Positions 1 through 9,668 are shown, numbered from the stretch's first letter. The stretch: DNA of 33,500 nucleotides from Nemertoderma westbladi (GCA_032718475.1 JAUCBJ010003623.1:1-33500); one strand, 5' to 3'. Numbers and translations: made by a program. Notes: generated by a model not told the origin, from the sequence alone.

Positions 1-209
1 AAAATAATTATTTCTTGCCGTCGCACTAAATATATATTATAAGTAATTACGTACGTAATAAACACTAATATATTGCACTAATCTACTAAATAATCGATAA
101 AATAACATTCTACTAAATAAAATTAAAGAAAACGATTATAATAAAATTACGTAATAATACATACATAAATATAAAATAAAAAACAAATATAAAATGATAT
201 AGTCACACA
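1..209 (-). repeat. Putative 3' LTR (partial, runs off the window) of the left BEL/Pao derivative
   Basis: On the minus strand the ORF end overlaps an 8-bp hairpin (ACTCCATA...TATGGAGT, 213-239), followed by purine-rich GGAGTGGG and then TGTG at 209/207; same hairpin-PPT-TG order as at 10182-10222. No partner LTR in the window. Confidence 0.4.
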
Positions 210-225
210 CCCACTCCATATGTTA

Positions 226-2361
226 TTACGTTATGGAGTCCCTAGATATTTGTCGGATTAGGGAAGTGGTCGTAGGAAGAGTATCTTGCCTTCCATAGTT
301 TCCGGACAGTTTCCGGTTTCTTTCCAGTAAACATAAACGACCAGCTGGGTGATTGGGTTGTCGTGTTACTTTCTCCGCTCCCTTGGCATGTCTACTCTCC
401 GCCGTGGTAAGATGAGGAGGCCATTCATCTTCTTCTTTACTTAGGGAGTCGGGTCCACCTAACCAGCCGGGAGTATCTATCCGTTCTTGAGGAGTCGCTC
501 CTCTGGAAGCGATGTCGGCTAGATTAATCATCTCGGGGCGATGTCTCCATTGATCTTCATTGGAGTTAATATCGTCATTATCTGTGGAGTATGGTGTTCC
601 CTCAGTTAGTTCGTCCACTTCACTGCTCTCCACTTCCCAACCATTTATCTGGCATATTCTTTCTGGTGGTAGTCTCTCTTCGAGAGTTCTGCGGGAAGGG
701 CCAGTAAAGTACCAACCTACTCTAGTTCTTACCGCATAGGTTTGTAGTGGCTGCGGTTGAGCAGGTCGTTTTTCCAATGTCTCGAGCGCCTCGTGCGCGT
801 TTTGGCCGATAAGTATTTGCACTCCAGGATAATCCGTCTGGAATCGAGGTATTTTAAGTTGTTGGATGCTCTTGTCCTCGTTCCAGTTATAAGGCTCTAC
901 TTGGGTATTAGCGAAGTTCTTTATAGCTACCATTTTTACTGACCTTATACTTTGTTCTCCTAATTTATCCTGTGGGGTGGACAACGCACCTACATAGTAA
1001 TCTGCCGTTATGGTAGATTTCCAAACCTGTATAACTCCTGACATATTTAACTTAGTTCGGAATTTGGGTTGTCCAGCAAAGATGTCTTCGGCTAGTTCTT
1101 GATCGATGAATGTTCCTGTACTGCCGGAGTCAAGGAGGGCATTCACTATGTAACTTTTGTTAGGACCCTGAACTCTTACCTGCACTACAGGAAATTCTCT
1201 GATTCCTACGTTGGAAGTTGAAGGTTTCCAGGATGGTTGTCTGTCAAAGTTAGTTGGGGAGAACTCATTGTCGGTGTCCTTTTCGTAAGTAAGTGCTCGA
1301 TACACTGCGGTATTTATTAGGTAACAGGATTCGTTGGCGTCGGAGAATTCGTCCGTATAGAATCCTTCCCACTCAGAACTTTGGTCAGTGTCGTTCACAT
1401 CACTGAATTGGACATGTGATTTGGGCTCACTTACCTGACTCGGGCTGTTTCGTTCGAATTCCGTGTGCAACAAGCTATGATGTTTCGCGCCGCACTTAGC
1501 ACACCTTGCGTCAGAGTAACAGGTTCGCCGCTGGTGTCCGCGTCTGAGACAGTTATAGCATAACCGCTTATCCCACATGACTTCACGTCTGTCTACCAGG
1601 GATTTCTTTAGGAATTCCGCACACGCACTCAAACGGTGGGGCCCATCGCACAGCGCACATTTTGGTTTAATGTTACTCACTTTACCTTGGGTAACGTTCT
1701 GCACTCTCGTTCTTTCTTCGGGCTTTCTTCCGTGTACTCTGTTAGGAGACTGAGGAGGAGTCTTAGCAACCTGTTCTCTCCTGTCATGGGTTCGAGCTTT
1801 AGATTTACTTACGTCCTTTGAGGTCTTGTTAACATAGTAAAATTTCTCGGTGTCTTTCCCGCTGTCTTCTTCTTCAGAAGCTTGGCTTTCGCCGTCATCA
1901 GTATAACACACCGGTGTTACTCTTCTCCTAGAAACGGGTTTCTCACTTACCTTATTTTCCGATGTTTTCTCCCTGGACTGTTTTATAAGTTGTAGTTTTA
2001 CTTCACCGTCTAAGAAGGACATAAGATCAGCCATGGTAGGTCCCCGTCTTTGTTGCTCATTCATATACAATACCTTCTTGTCCCAGCGTGTACATACTCC
2101 ACCCTTTGGTAAAGTAGAGACAATGGCTCCAATAACCATGGAACTCTGGTATTCATGAGACTTACCTAACCAATCCAATTGTCTGCAGATCTCCTGGATC
2201 TCATCGGAAAACTCTATGATCCCGCTACTAAGGAACTTTCGGGGGGCTACTAATTTCGCATACAAATACTTAGCTATGTTATCCTTATTACCATACCTGA
2301 TGTTTAATGTATCCCAGACTTGTCTTAATCCATCTGGATGTCCAATAAACTTTAACGCCAT
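226..2361 (-). CDS. gag: BEL/Pao retrotransposon Gag-protease, internally deleted polyprotein (no RT, no integrase core)
   Basis: 711 aa. Starts inside the Pao Gag core (WDTLNIRYG), three zinc knuckles (CALCDGPHRLSAC; CYNCLRRGHQRRTC; CAKCGAKHHSLLH), aspartic protease LLDSGS, post-protease TRVGWYFTGP, RNase H tail WRH..NLADIASRG..WLGGP..EWP, integrase tail HPAGRLCLLE. In-frame stop 8 codons upstream of the ATG, so 5'-truncated. Confidence 0.88.
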   Translation of the reverse strand: MALKFIGHPDGLRQVWDTLNIRYGNKDNIAKYLYAKLVAPRKFLSSGIIEFSDEIQEICRQLDWLGKSHEYQSSMVIGAIVSTLPKGGVCTRWDKKVLYMNEQQRRGPTMADLMSFLDGEVKLQLIKQSREKTSENKVSEKPVSRRRVTPVCYTDDGESQASEEEDSGKDTEKFYYVNKTSKDVSKSKARTHDRREQVAKTPPQSPNRVHGRKPEERTRVQNVTQGKVSNIKPKCALCDGPHRLSACAEFLKKSLVDRREVMWDKRLCYNCLRRGHQRRTCYSDARCAKCGAKHHSLLHTEFERNSPSQVSEPKSHVQFSDVNDTDQSSEWEGFYTDEFSDANESCYLINTAVYRALTYEKDTDNEFSPTNFDRQPSWKPSTSNVGIREFPVVQVRVQGPNKSYIVNALLDSGSTGTFIDQELAEDIFAGQPKFRTKLNMSGVIQVWKSTITADYYVGALSTPQDKLGEQSIRSVKMVAIKNFANTQVEPYNWNEDKSIQQLKIPRFQTDYPGVQILIGQNAHEALETLEKRPAQPQPLQTYAVRTRVGWYFTGPSRRTLEERLPPERICQINGWEVESSEVDELTEGTPYSTDNDDINSNEDQWRHRPEMINLADIASRGATPQERIDTPGWLGGPDSLSKEEDEWPPHLTTAESRHAKGAEKVTRQPNHPAGRLCLLERNRKLSGNYGRQDTLPTTTSLIRQISRDSIT

Positions 2362-2394
2362 TAATACTGTACTGTAATAATATCAGAAAGGCAG

Positions 2395-2396
<2 letters not shown>

Positions 2397-2428
<32 letters not shown>
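2397..2428. repeat. G32 homopolymer
   Basis: 32 consecutive G, just upstream of the truncated gag ORF. Confidence 0.95.
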
Positions 2429-2429
<1 letters not shown>

Positions 2430-3059
2430 ACCTGGAACCTGGCTTGAGAACTTTTAGCTGTTTAGTATAGTAAATGACCAGAGATAAAGAATATAGAGAG
2501 AGGGAGGTCCATGTATATTGTGGGGTGAGACAATATACCGTTAGTTGAATCCGTTATAATCTGTGTCACAACATTCCCCTACCAATAGGGATACTTTTCA
2601 CATCGTTGTTATGTCGCACAATGTACTAAACACGGTCGTTCTAGACTATCAGACTATATTGAATAGTTAGTACACAACACTCGTCCCCTTTGTTACAAGC
2701 CTCGCTGCGCTCGTCCTTTATTTCTTGACACCAAAATATATTATGTTACAAATAATTACGATTGTGTACTAAATTTCATGAAAATCCTTTGATAACAATG
2801 TCTATAACAATATAATATAAATCAATACCAAACCAATGGCAGAATGGACTTCGCTAGGAAGGGGTGTGCCAGTCCTGTAGTATAGTACCGGTAGTCCTTG
2901 GTAAATACATCCTGTACCCAGGTACCATTACCTGATTACTGCATTAAAAAGTTGTCTTGCACTAGTCTGCTGGTACTGTAGTAGCCTGCAAGTAGTCCAT
3001 TTATTGCTGTAGTGGACTGGTGTGTGTACTGCTGTACTGTATACCGGTAGAGATGACCT

Positions 3060-3600
3060 TGTTAGCGAATCAATTCCGCCTCACCAAACCCCATAAAGTG
3101 AGCCATTAAACCGTAAAGCAATATTGGGAGCACGAGGTTGATTACCAATATCAACCTCGTGTCACCCCAATAAAGGGAAGGAGAAACACACAATAGGGGT
3201 CAGGGGCCAAACCCCTAACCGAGAGAGAACACAGGGAGTGAAGGGAAACACTCCAAAGGGTGCCAACAGGGATATTAGCCAATGGGGGGACAGCATCGAC
3301 TAGGTACTGTAACAAGGCCAAACCGTGCAATATATATTACCGGTCGATGCAATACTCATTCAGTCATCTCAGTACAGTCAGGCAGAACGGTGACAGTTAA
3401 GACCATCACCGCCGTCACCAATATATACTACCATATCATTACCGGTATACTGTGCTATCATTACTGCATTACTCCGTCTATCTTATATACATATTATCAA
3501 TAACACTGGAAGAACGACAAACCCTTTTCTTTCATTCACACGGCGGGGACGCGTACGAAACAACACCGGATAAACCGGGATCCTCTCGGATCCCGTCACA
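3060..3600 (+). repeat. 5' LTR (541 bp)
   Basis: TGTTAGCGAA...CCCGTCACA; two substitutions seen relative to the 3' copy (TTACTGCA/TTAATGCA; AAACCCTT/AAACTCTT). Confidence 0.97.
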
Positions 3601-5099
3601 GTCTTAACTCTAGGCCTGCCGAACTGTAACTGCCAGACACAGACAGAGGACAAAGGATGAGTCGAGAAGAGAAGACGACACCGCCGCGGACCCCGGGCGA
3701 CGATCTAACGATCCGTGAGGCCGCGACGCGACGATACGGACCCACGCCACCGGTCGATGCTACGTCGATCACGTCGACGCCGGTTGACGCCACGTCGATA
3801 ACGAGCAACCCGGCGAACCAAGATGTGGGGGGTCGTCTACAGCGAGAGAGCGAGTCGAGTAGAGGAGAGAGCGAGACGGGGGAGGAGAGAGACGAGTCGA
3901 CACAGGGCGGCGGTCGATATGCCGATGTCGCCGGCCAGCCACAGGCCGAGGGCGACGGACGGCCCACCGGAACGGCAACGGTGGGGCCGACGGTACGACG
4001 CCGAACCCGGAGGGAGAGAGGAGATGTCGACGACGAGGACGTCGGGGTCGTCCGCTCCGACGAGCCTACGCCGCGACCCGGGAACAACTGAAGGAAGCTA
4101 GAGGAGGGGCTGAGATAGACCAGGTGAAGTTGAGGAGACGACTAGGTGAGTCGAACAGATACTTTGATTACCTAGTGCGTTCTGGGCAGGGAGAACTGGC
4201 CGAGGAGAGAGCGAGAGGGGTTGCCTTCGAACTGTTTGGGCTATGGGAACGTAGGGGTATGGGGCCTGGTGTAGTGTACATAGGGCCATACTTAGTCGAT
4301 GCCAGGGAAGTTAAGTTAGTGGGTTGGGCGGGACCGCACGAGGGCGAATCCGAGGTTAGCTCCGAGGATTCGGCCTCGTCGGTCAGCGAGGACCCCGGAA
4401 AGCGGGGGAAAGTTAGTAGGACGGAGGGGCGGCGGGAGTCCGTCGCAACCGATAAGTCTGCTACATCCTCCGCAAAAGAAAGAAGGGTGCAGGAGATAAA
4501 TCTGGCAGCGTATGAATTAAAAACTAGAGAGATATTAGAGTGGAGAACTAGAGGGAGAAGGAGAGGGAGCAAGAGAGTGAACGCGAAGAGCGTGAGGCAA
4601 GAGAACAGAGCGTGCGGTACACGTACAGTACGTACAGCAACCGTACGGGTGAGGGGGGTAGTAGTAGTGCGTTAGGAAATATTGGTATTAATAGTACCGT
4701 AGTAAATAACCCTAATCCCTTTATTACAGGAAATATTTTACCCGGTAGTAGTAATTTAAGTTTAAATTCAAATAATAATATTAATTCAAATATTCAGAAT
4801 AATCAAAATAATTCAAATAATTCGAATAGCAATTTAAATTTTGAAAATAATAATAATTCTAACTTAAATAATTTAAATAATAATCCCGTTTCAAATTCTA
4901 ATAATTTAATTGATTTAACAAATAATATTGGGAATGGTGCTATTAATGTGAACGCGTCAGACGTGTATAGCCCGGCAGACGGCGGCCTGGTAGGCCACGT
5001 AGTTAGTAGGCAGGAAGTGGCGCGGTTGAGCCAACCCGAGGTGGGCCTGGTAGGCCACGCAGTAGTAGAGAGAGAGGCGGGGGTGAATAGACCCGGCCG

Positions 5100-5497
5100 C
5101 AGTAGAGACAGTGTGTCGACTAGAGAGGGGTGTAGAGACGAAGTAAGAGATATTGAAGTTAGATGTGGCGGGTGGGGGGGGGGGGGGGGCTACGGGCGCC
5201 CCACCACATGAGATTAGCGGCGAGAGAGGGGGGGCAGAGAATGCCCCACAAGAGGGGTGTAGAAGTGTAGTAAGAGGTAGTGAAGTTAGAAGTGGCGGGT
5301 GGGGGGGGGGGGGCTACGGGCGCCCCACCACAGAAGATTAGTGGCGAGAGAAAGGGGGTAGAGAGTGTCCGACAAGAGGGACGCAGAAGTGTAGTAAGAG
5401 ATAGTGAAGTTAGAAGTAGCGGGTGGGGGGGGGGCTACGGGCACCCCACCGCGAGGGATTAGTAGCGAGAGAGGGGGGGCAGGGAGTGTCCCACAGG
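5100..5497 (+). repeat. Three diverged tandem units of 124-127 bp, each with a G run
   Basis: TGAAGTTAGA...GCGGGT(G)nCTACGGGC..CCCACC recurs at about 5154, 5281 and 5405. Confidence 0.9.
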
Positions 5498-5658
5498 CGT
5501 CGGCGGATAATGCGCGGGCCGAATTAGGTAAACCGCAACACCCGGCGACGGAGAGTAATAGGGGGATTGCGAGTATCCCCAGCGGCGTGCGATCGAGCAG
5601 AGAGAGACAGGTTGACGTCGCGAGAGGGCGGGCGACGGAACGTCGAGCCCAGTCAGAA

Positions 5659-5775
5659 GAGAGAAGATTAGTAGAGTTTAATAGAGAGGTCGAAGATAGG
5701 AGAAGATTAGTAGAGTATAATAGAGAGGTCGAAGATAGAAGAAGATTAGTAGAGTTTAACCGAGAGGTCGAAGAG
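5659..5775 (+). repeat. 39-bp tandem repeat x3 (RRLVEF/YNREVED)
   Basis: AGAAGATTAGTAGAGTWTAAYMGAGAGGTCGAAGA repeated in frame. Confidence 0.9.
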
Positions 5776-6253
5776 AGAAGAAAGGAAGATAATAGAAGAG
5801 TCGTTGCTAGGAGCAACCGGAGAGCGAGGACGGATAGCGAGCCGTCGATAGTAGAGATGGAGTTAGGGAGTCAGTGGGGTCGAACTTCGGGAGATTGCCG
5901 TCGCCCCGGAGAAACGCACCGCACGCCAAGAGAGGGGTACAGGACGTACCGATACGAAGACGAGAGCAGGATAGGGGATCGAAGAGAAGCTTCCCGACGG
6001 GATGTAGCTGCCGATCGAGAGTACGGTAGTCGCGGGGAGATTCGAGATTCGCGAAGAATAAACTTCGGTTCGGAAGGGCACATGCAGACTGCAGGACATA
6101 CTGTAGGCCTTACTGCACATACTATTATAGGCCATGCTGGGAGAGATAGAGTAGGCGATAGGGTAGCGCGGACGACGGGATTAAACCCGGAAGTCGCGGA
6201 GTACATACCGGTAGGTAGGCGAGAGGTAGGTAGGCCTATATCGGTACAGCAGC

Positions 6254-8845
6254 ATGACTATAATTTCACAGGGACATAACATATATCCAGGGGAGGGGGG
6301 AATTATTGCAGATAGATGTATGGGCCCCAATATATTAACATCAACCCCAGTACCAAACATACCGGTGGGGGGGGGACAGGGTGACATTCCCCCATCACAA
6401 TATCAACAATATACCCCAATAGGAGCGAGAACATCGAACCCCTTGGACGAGAGCAGATCGTGCGACACGGAAATATGGAGGGGGCCGTTACCCCCAATGA
6501 TATACCCGACGCAACAAGCAAAGTCAACAGCAGATAGGACGAACGGACCGTACCCAACAAGAGAAACTATACAACATCCATCGAACCCATTGGAAGCGCA
6601 GGCGATGGGGATGGCCACGTTAATCGATGCGTTAAAAACTAGGATCGAGTTACCACCTGTGGAACCATTTAAATTCGATGGGAGTAGGCCGGAAGAATAT
6701 CTACAGTTTCGGCGCATGTATAGTAACGAAATATTAAGTAAGAACTTGACGCAGGCGGAGTGCCTAAAATATCTGCAAGTATATACAGGAGGCCCAGCAT
6801 ACGACATCGTGAGGCAATACCAGGGCATCGAGGGCGGCTTCACGACAGCATGGCGGGCGCTAGATAGGGAATACGGGCACCCGGCCAAGATCATCCGGCA
6901 AACCCTGAGAGGCATAACATCGGGTGGCCTACAGGATAATCCCGTTAGCATAAGGACCTTTGCGAACAAGGTCGAGAAGGCGTTAATCGTGTTAAAGACG
7001 CTAGACGCACCATACGAACTCAACGCGTCTAACAACATCACCACGATAGCGCAGGCACTGCCGATCTGGTTACGAAGGAAGTGGAGGAAAATCGCTTTCT
7101 CCACACGGGAAAAGAAGGGTGCGGAACCGGGCCTAGAAGAGATGTCGAGCTTCCTCAACTATGAAGCCGAATTAATAACAGACCCAGTCTATAGCGAGGA
7201 TAGTTTGGGGACAAGCCATGAACCCGAACACGATCCTGCAGACCCATTCTCGGGAGTGGGACAGTCACTACCACATGCGGCCACACAGGGGACTGCTAGT
7301 CCACAGTTAGCTGGTAGTAGGGCCACACCGTGGCAGGGACAGAAAGAAAATAACACCATAAATAAACATAATCCCAATATACCCAGTAGGCCGAGTACAG
7401 ACAACCAAAACACTAAATCGGTACATATAAACCTACGCGCGATACGTGAAGGACTATACAGGGAACGCTATAATCCAGGATTCGAATGTCAATTACACCG
7501 GGACGGAACCCATAAGACCAGGAGTTGTAAGCACTGGCAAGCGTTGCCCAAACAAGATCGTGTAGCCTACACAGACGCAAACGGACTATGTCATCGATGT
7601 GTGGTAGAAGGACACAGATCCGGAGAGTGTAAAGAAACAGCAGCAAGAGAGGAGGAGACTGGAGGCCAAACAGCAGCTAGAAGCACTATAGAAGAGGAGA
7701 AGAAGAGAAAAGTACTACTCGGGGTAGTACCAGTAAAGATATCAGGAGAGGGCGGTCGATCAGTAACGACATTAATGCTGGTCGACAGCGGAGCAGCCTT
7801 CACGCTGGTGGAGAACTGGGTGGCCGAAGAGATAGGGCTAAAGACAAGGCCGAATAGAATGGCGGTAACTACCGTCTCGAGTAAAGATGAGGTCCTGGAG
7901 ACGAGGGCGGGGCGGTGCAGGATAGCAGCGATTGCACCGGGATACGACTATGGGGCGACGATCGACCCCATCCACGTCATAGAATCGATAAACATCAACG
8001 CCAGGCGACCAACCAACATTGAGGTCGAGCAGTATAGATTCCTGGACGGTATCGATTTCTCAATACCAAAGGTGGACGTTAGGAAGGTGTCCATTATAGT
8101 AGGGATGGACTGCCCGACGGCCCACGAGAGAACGAAGACGGTCTTCGGCGAAGACAGGCAGCGGGATCCGACGGCGATCCTCACGCCGTTCGGGTGGATG
8201 CTTAGCGGCCCAGTTAAAACTAAGATCCCATGCAGTGTGACAGAGACATCAGGGTGCATGTTACCAGGCACCGCAGGCGCAGAGGACGAAGAGGAGAAAC
8301 AGGAGATAGTAGAGCCAGATAGGGAGGTGACAGTAAGAAAGTGGGCAGAGGAGAGTAGGTTTCCCAACAAGCATCGGTATGGAGATGGAGCGGAGCGGAC
8401 GGCGAGGTGTCCGGAGGACAACACTCCGGGGGAGTGCCCGGAGGAGTGTCGGGAGGAGTGTCTAGAGGAGTGTCTGGAGGAGTGTCCAGAGGAGTGTCCG
8501 GAAGAGACGCAGGTCCGGGTTGGAGGCATACCGACAAGGGGGAAGTCGAGAAGGAAGGCGGGATGGAGGGGGATAGGACTACTATTGTACCTACTGTTCT
8601 GCCTGTTCTTTCACTTTCTATTCATTCTGCCGGCGGGAGACAACAAAGAGGGAGGTGGCATTTTGATGCCAGGAGACGAGCTAGTTAAGAAGACGATGGA
8701 GAGACCCAACCTTGGGGTGGTGAAAGGGGGAGAGCCAATCCCTGGTCAGGTGGAATTGGCGAAGAGGGTGCGGCAAAGAGTAAGAGGACATATAGGAGGG
8801 CAGTGGGAGTGTGCCAACTGGAAGAAGGGGCACCTTAGAGTTTAG
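6254..8845 (+). CDS. gag: BEL/Pao Gag-protease with acidic Cys repeat and C-terminal hydrophobic segment
   Basis: 863 aa. Pao Gag core (FKFDGSRPEEYLQF...YLQVYTGGPA...AWRALDREYG...LPIWLRRKW), two knuckles (CQLHRDGTHKTRSC; CHRCVVEGHRSGEC), LLGVVPV, protease LVDSGA, AILTPFGWMLSGP; no YxDD or DDE domain follows. Confidence 0.9.
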   Translation: MTIISQGHNIYPGEGGIIADRCMGPNILTSTPVPNIPVGGGQGDIPPSQYQQYTPIGARTSNPLDESRSCDTEIWRGPLPPMIYPTQQAKSTADRTNGPYPTRETIQHPSNPLEAQAMGMATLIDALKTRIELPPVEPFKFDGSRPEEYLQFRRMYSNEILSKNLTQAECLKYLQVYTGGPAYDIVRQYQGIEGGFTTAWRALDREYGHPAKIIRQTLRGITSGGLQDNPVSIRTFANKVEKALIVLKTLDAPYELNASNNITTIAQALPIWLRRKWRKIAFSTREKKGAEPGLEEMSSFLNYEAELITDPVYSEDSLGTSHEPEHDPADPFSGVGQSLPHAATQGTASPQLAGSRATPWQGQKENNTINKHNPNIPSRPSTDNQNTKSVHINLRAIREGLYRERYNPGFECQLHRDGTHKTRSCKHWQALPKQDRVAYTDANGLCHRCVVEGHRSGECKETAAREEETGGQTAARSTIEEEKKRKVLLGVVPVKISGEGGRSVTTLMLVDSGAAFTLVENWVAEEIGLKTRPNRMAVTTVSSKDEVLETRAGRCRIAAIAPGYDYGATIDPIHVIESININARRPTNIEVEQYRFLDGIDFSIPKVDVRKVSIIVGMDCPTAHERTKTVFGEDRQRDPTAILTPFGWMLSGPVKTKIPCSVTETSGCMLPGTAGAEDEEEKQEIVEPDREVTVRKWAEESRFPNKHRYGDGAERTARCPEDNTPGECPEECREECLEECLEECPEECPEETQVRVGGIPTRGKSRRKAGWRGIGLLLYLLFCLFFHFLFILPAGDNKEGGGILMPGDELVKKTMERPNLGVVKGGEPIPGQVELAKRVRQRVRGHIGGQWECANWKKGHLRV
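8432..8503 (+). repeat. 12-bp coding repeat x6, (ECxE)n
   Basis: GAGTGTCCGGAG-like units encode ECPEECREECLEECLEECPEECPE. Confidence 0.9.
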
Positions 8846-8972
8846 TCGTCCAAGGTTTTGGACTGAGGGGGGTGGGAATGAGGGCGAGACGCCCTTCCCA
8901 CAAAAATTAATTATTGAATTTAAATAAATATTAATAAATAATTAAATAATTAAAATAATAGTAAGTAGAGAG

Positions 8973-9668
8973 GTTAGAAGGCGGCGGAGTAGAGGGTACG
9001 TAGTACCGGGAGTTAAGTTAGAAGGCGGCGGGGTAAGGGAGTGTGGCATATTGTCATGCCACGAGTAGTAGTAGGGGGGTTGTGGGCACCGTAAGCGCCA
9101 CGTAGAAGGAGAGTAGAGTTAGAAGGCGGCGGGGTAAGGGAGTGTGGCATATTGTCATGCCACGAGTAGTAGTAGGGGGGTTGTGGGCACCGTAAGCGCC
9201 ACGTAGAAGGAGAGTAGGTTAGAAGGCGGCGGGGTAACGGAGTGTGGCATATCATGCCACGAGTAGTAGTAGGGGGGTCGTGGGCACCGGAAGCGCCACG
9301 TAGAAAGTAGTAGTAGGGGGGTCGTGGGCACCGGAAGCGCCACGTAGCAAGAGAGGGGTTGTGGGCACCGGAAGCGCCACGTAGAAAGTAGTAAGAGAGG
9401 GGTTGTGGGCACCGGAAGCGCCACGTAGAAAGTAGTAGGAGAGTGGTTGTGGGCACCGGAAGCGCCACGTAGAAAGTAGTAGCAGAGAGAGGTTGTGGGC
9501 ACCGGAAGCGCCACGTAGAAAGTAGTAGCAGAGAGTGGTTGTGGGCACCGCAAGCGCCACGTAGATAGGGGTATTAGTTGAGGTGGAGATGTAGATAGAG
9601 TAGAGTAGTAGAGACGGGCACATAGGGTGCCAGAGAGTAGAGTAGTAGAGAGGGCACATAGGGTGCCA
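8973..9668 (+). repeat. Composite hairpin-containing tandem array in the 3' internal region of the LTR element
   Basis: About 100-bp units then 37-46-bp units; nine copies of GTGGGCACCGNAAGCGCCACG, three of GTGGCAT..ATGCCAC, two of GGCACATAGGGTGCC. Confidence 0.92.

Larger units (their letters stand above)
3657..6279 (+). pseudogene. Frameshifted N-terminal part of the BEL Gag region
   Basis: Chain of abutting plus-strand ORFs (3657-4091, 4124-4675, 4612-5211, 5153-5341, 5280-5462, 5404-6279). 4124-4675 has the BEL Gag N-terminal pattern DSASSVS...SATSSAKERR...LAA; includes an Asn-rich AT-rich block (about 4680-4950) and Arg/Glu-rich repeats. Confidence 0.6.

Noticed and set aside
2560-2830. 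Fragment of another Helentron-like repeat (CCTCGCTGCGCTCG; AAATTTCATGAAAATCC)
   Set aside because: Only short motifs, with no boundaries or second copy in the window.
3282-3503. Small ORF in the LTR (also 10443-10625)
   Set aside because: No recognisable motif, and one of the two LTR differences creates a stop in the 3' copy.
3060-3600. Hammerhead ribozyme (retrozyme) in the LTR
   Set aside because: No CTGANGA core paired with GAAA found by eye on either strand; an Infernal search would settle it.
9080-9565. CRISPR-like repeat/spacer pattern
   Set aside because: The linkers are related to each other rather than unique, there are no cas genes, and the context is a eukaryotic retrotransposon.
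9013-9659. Minus-strand ORFs over the hairpin array
   Set aside because: Open in several frames because of repeat composition; unit lengths are not multiples of three.
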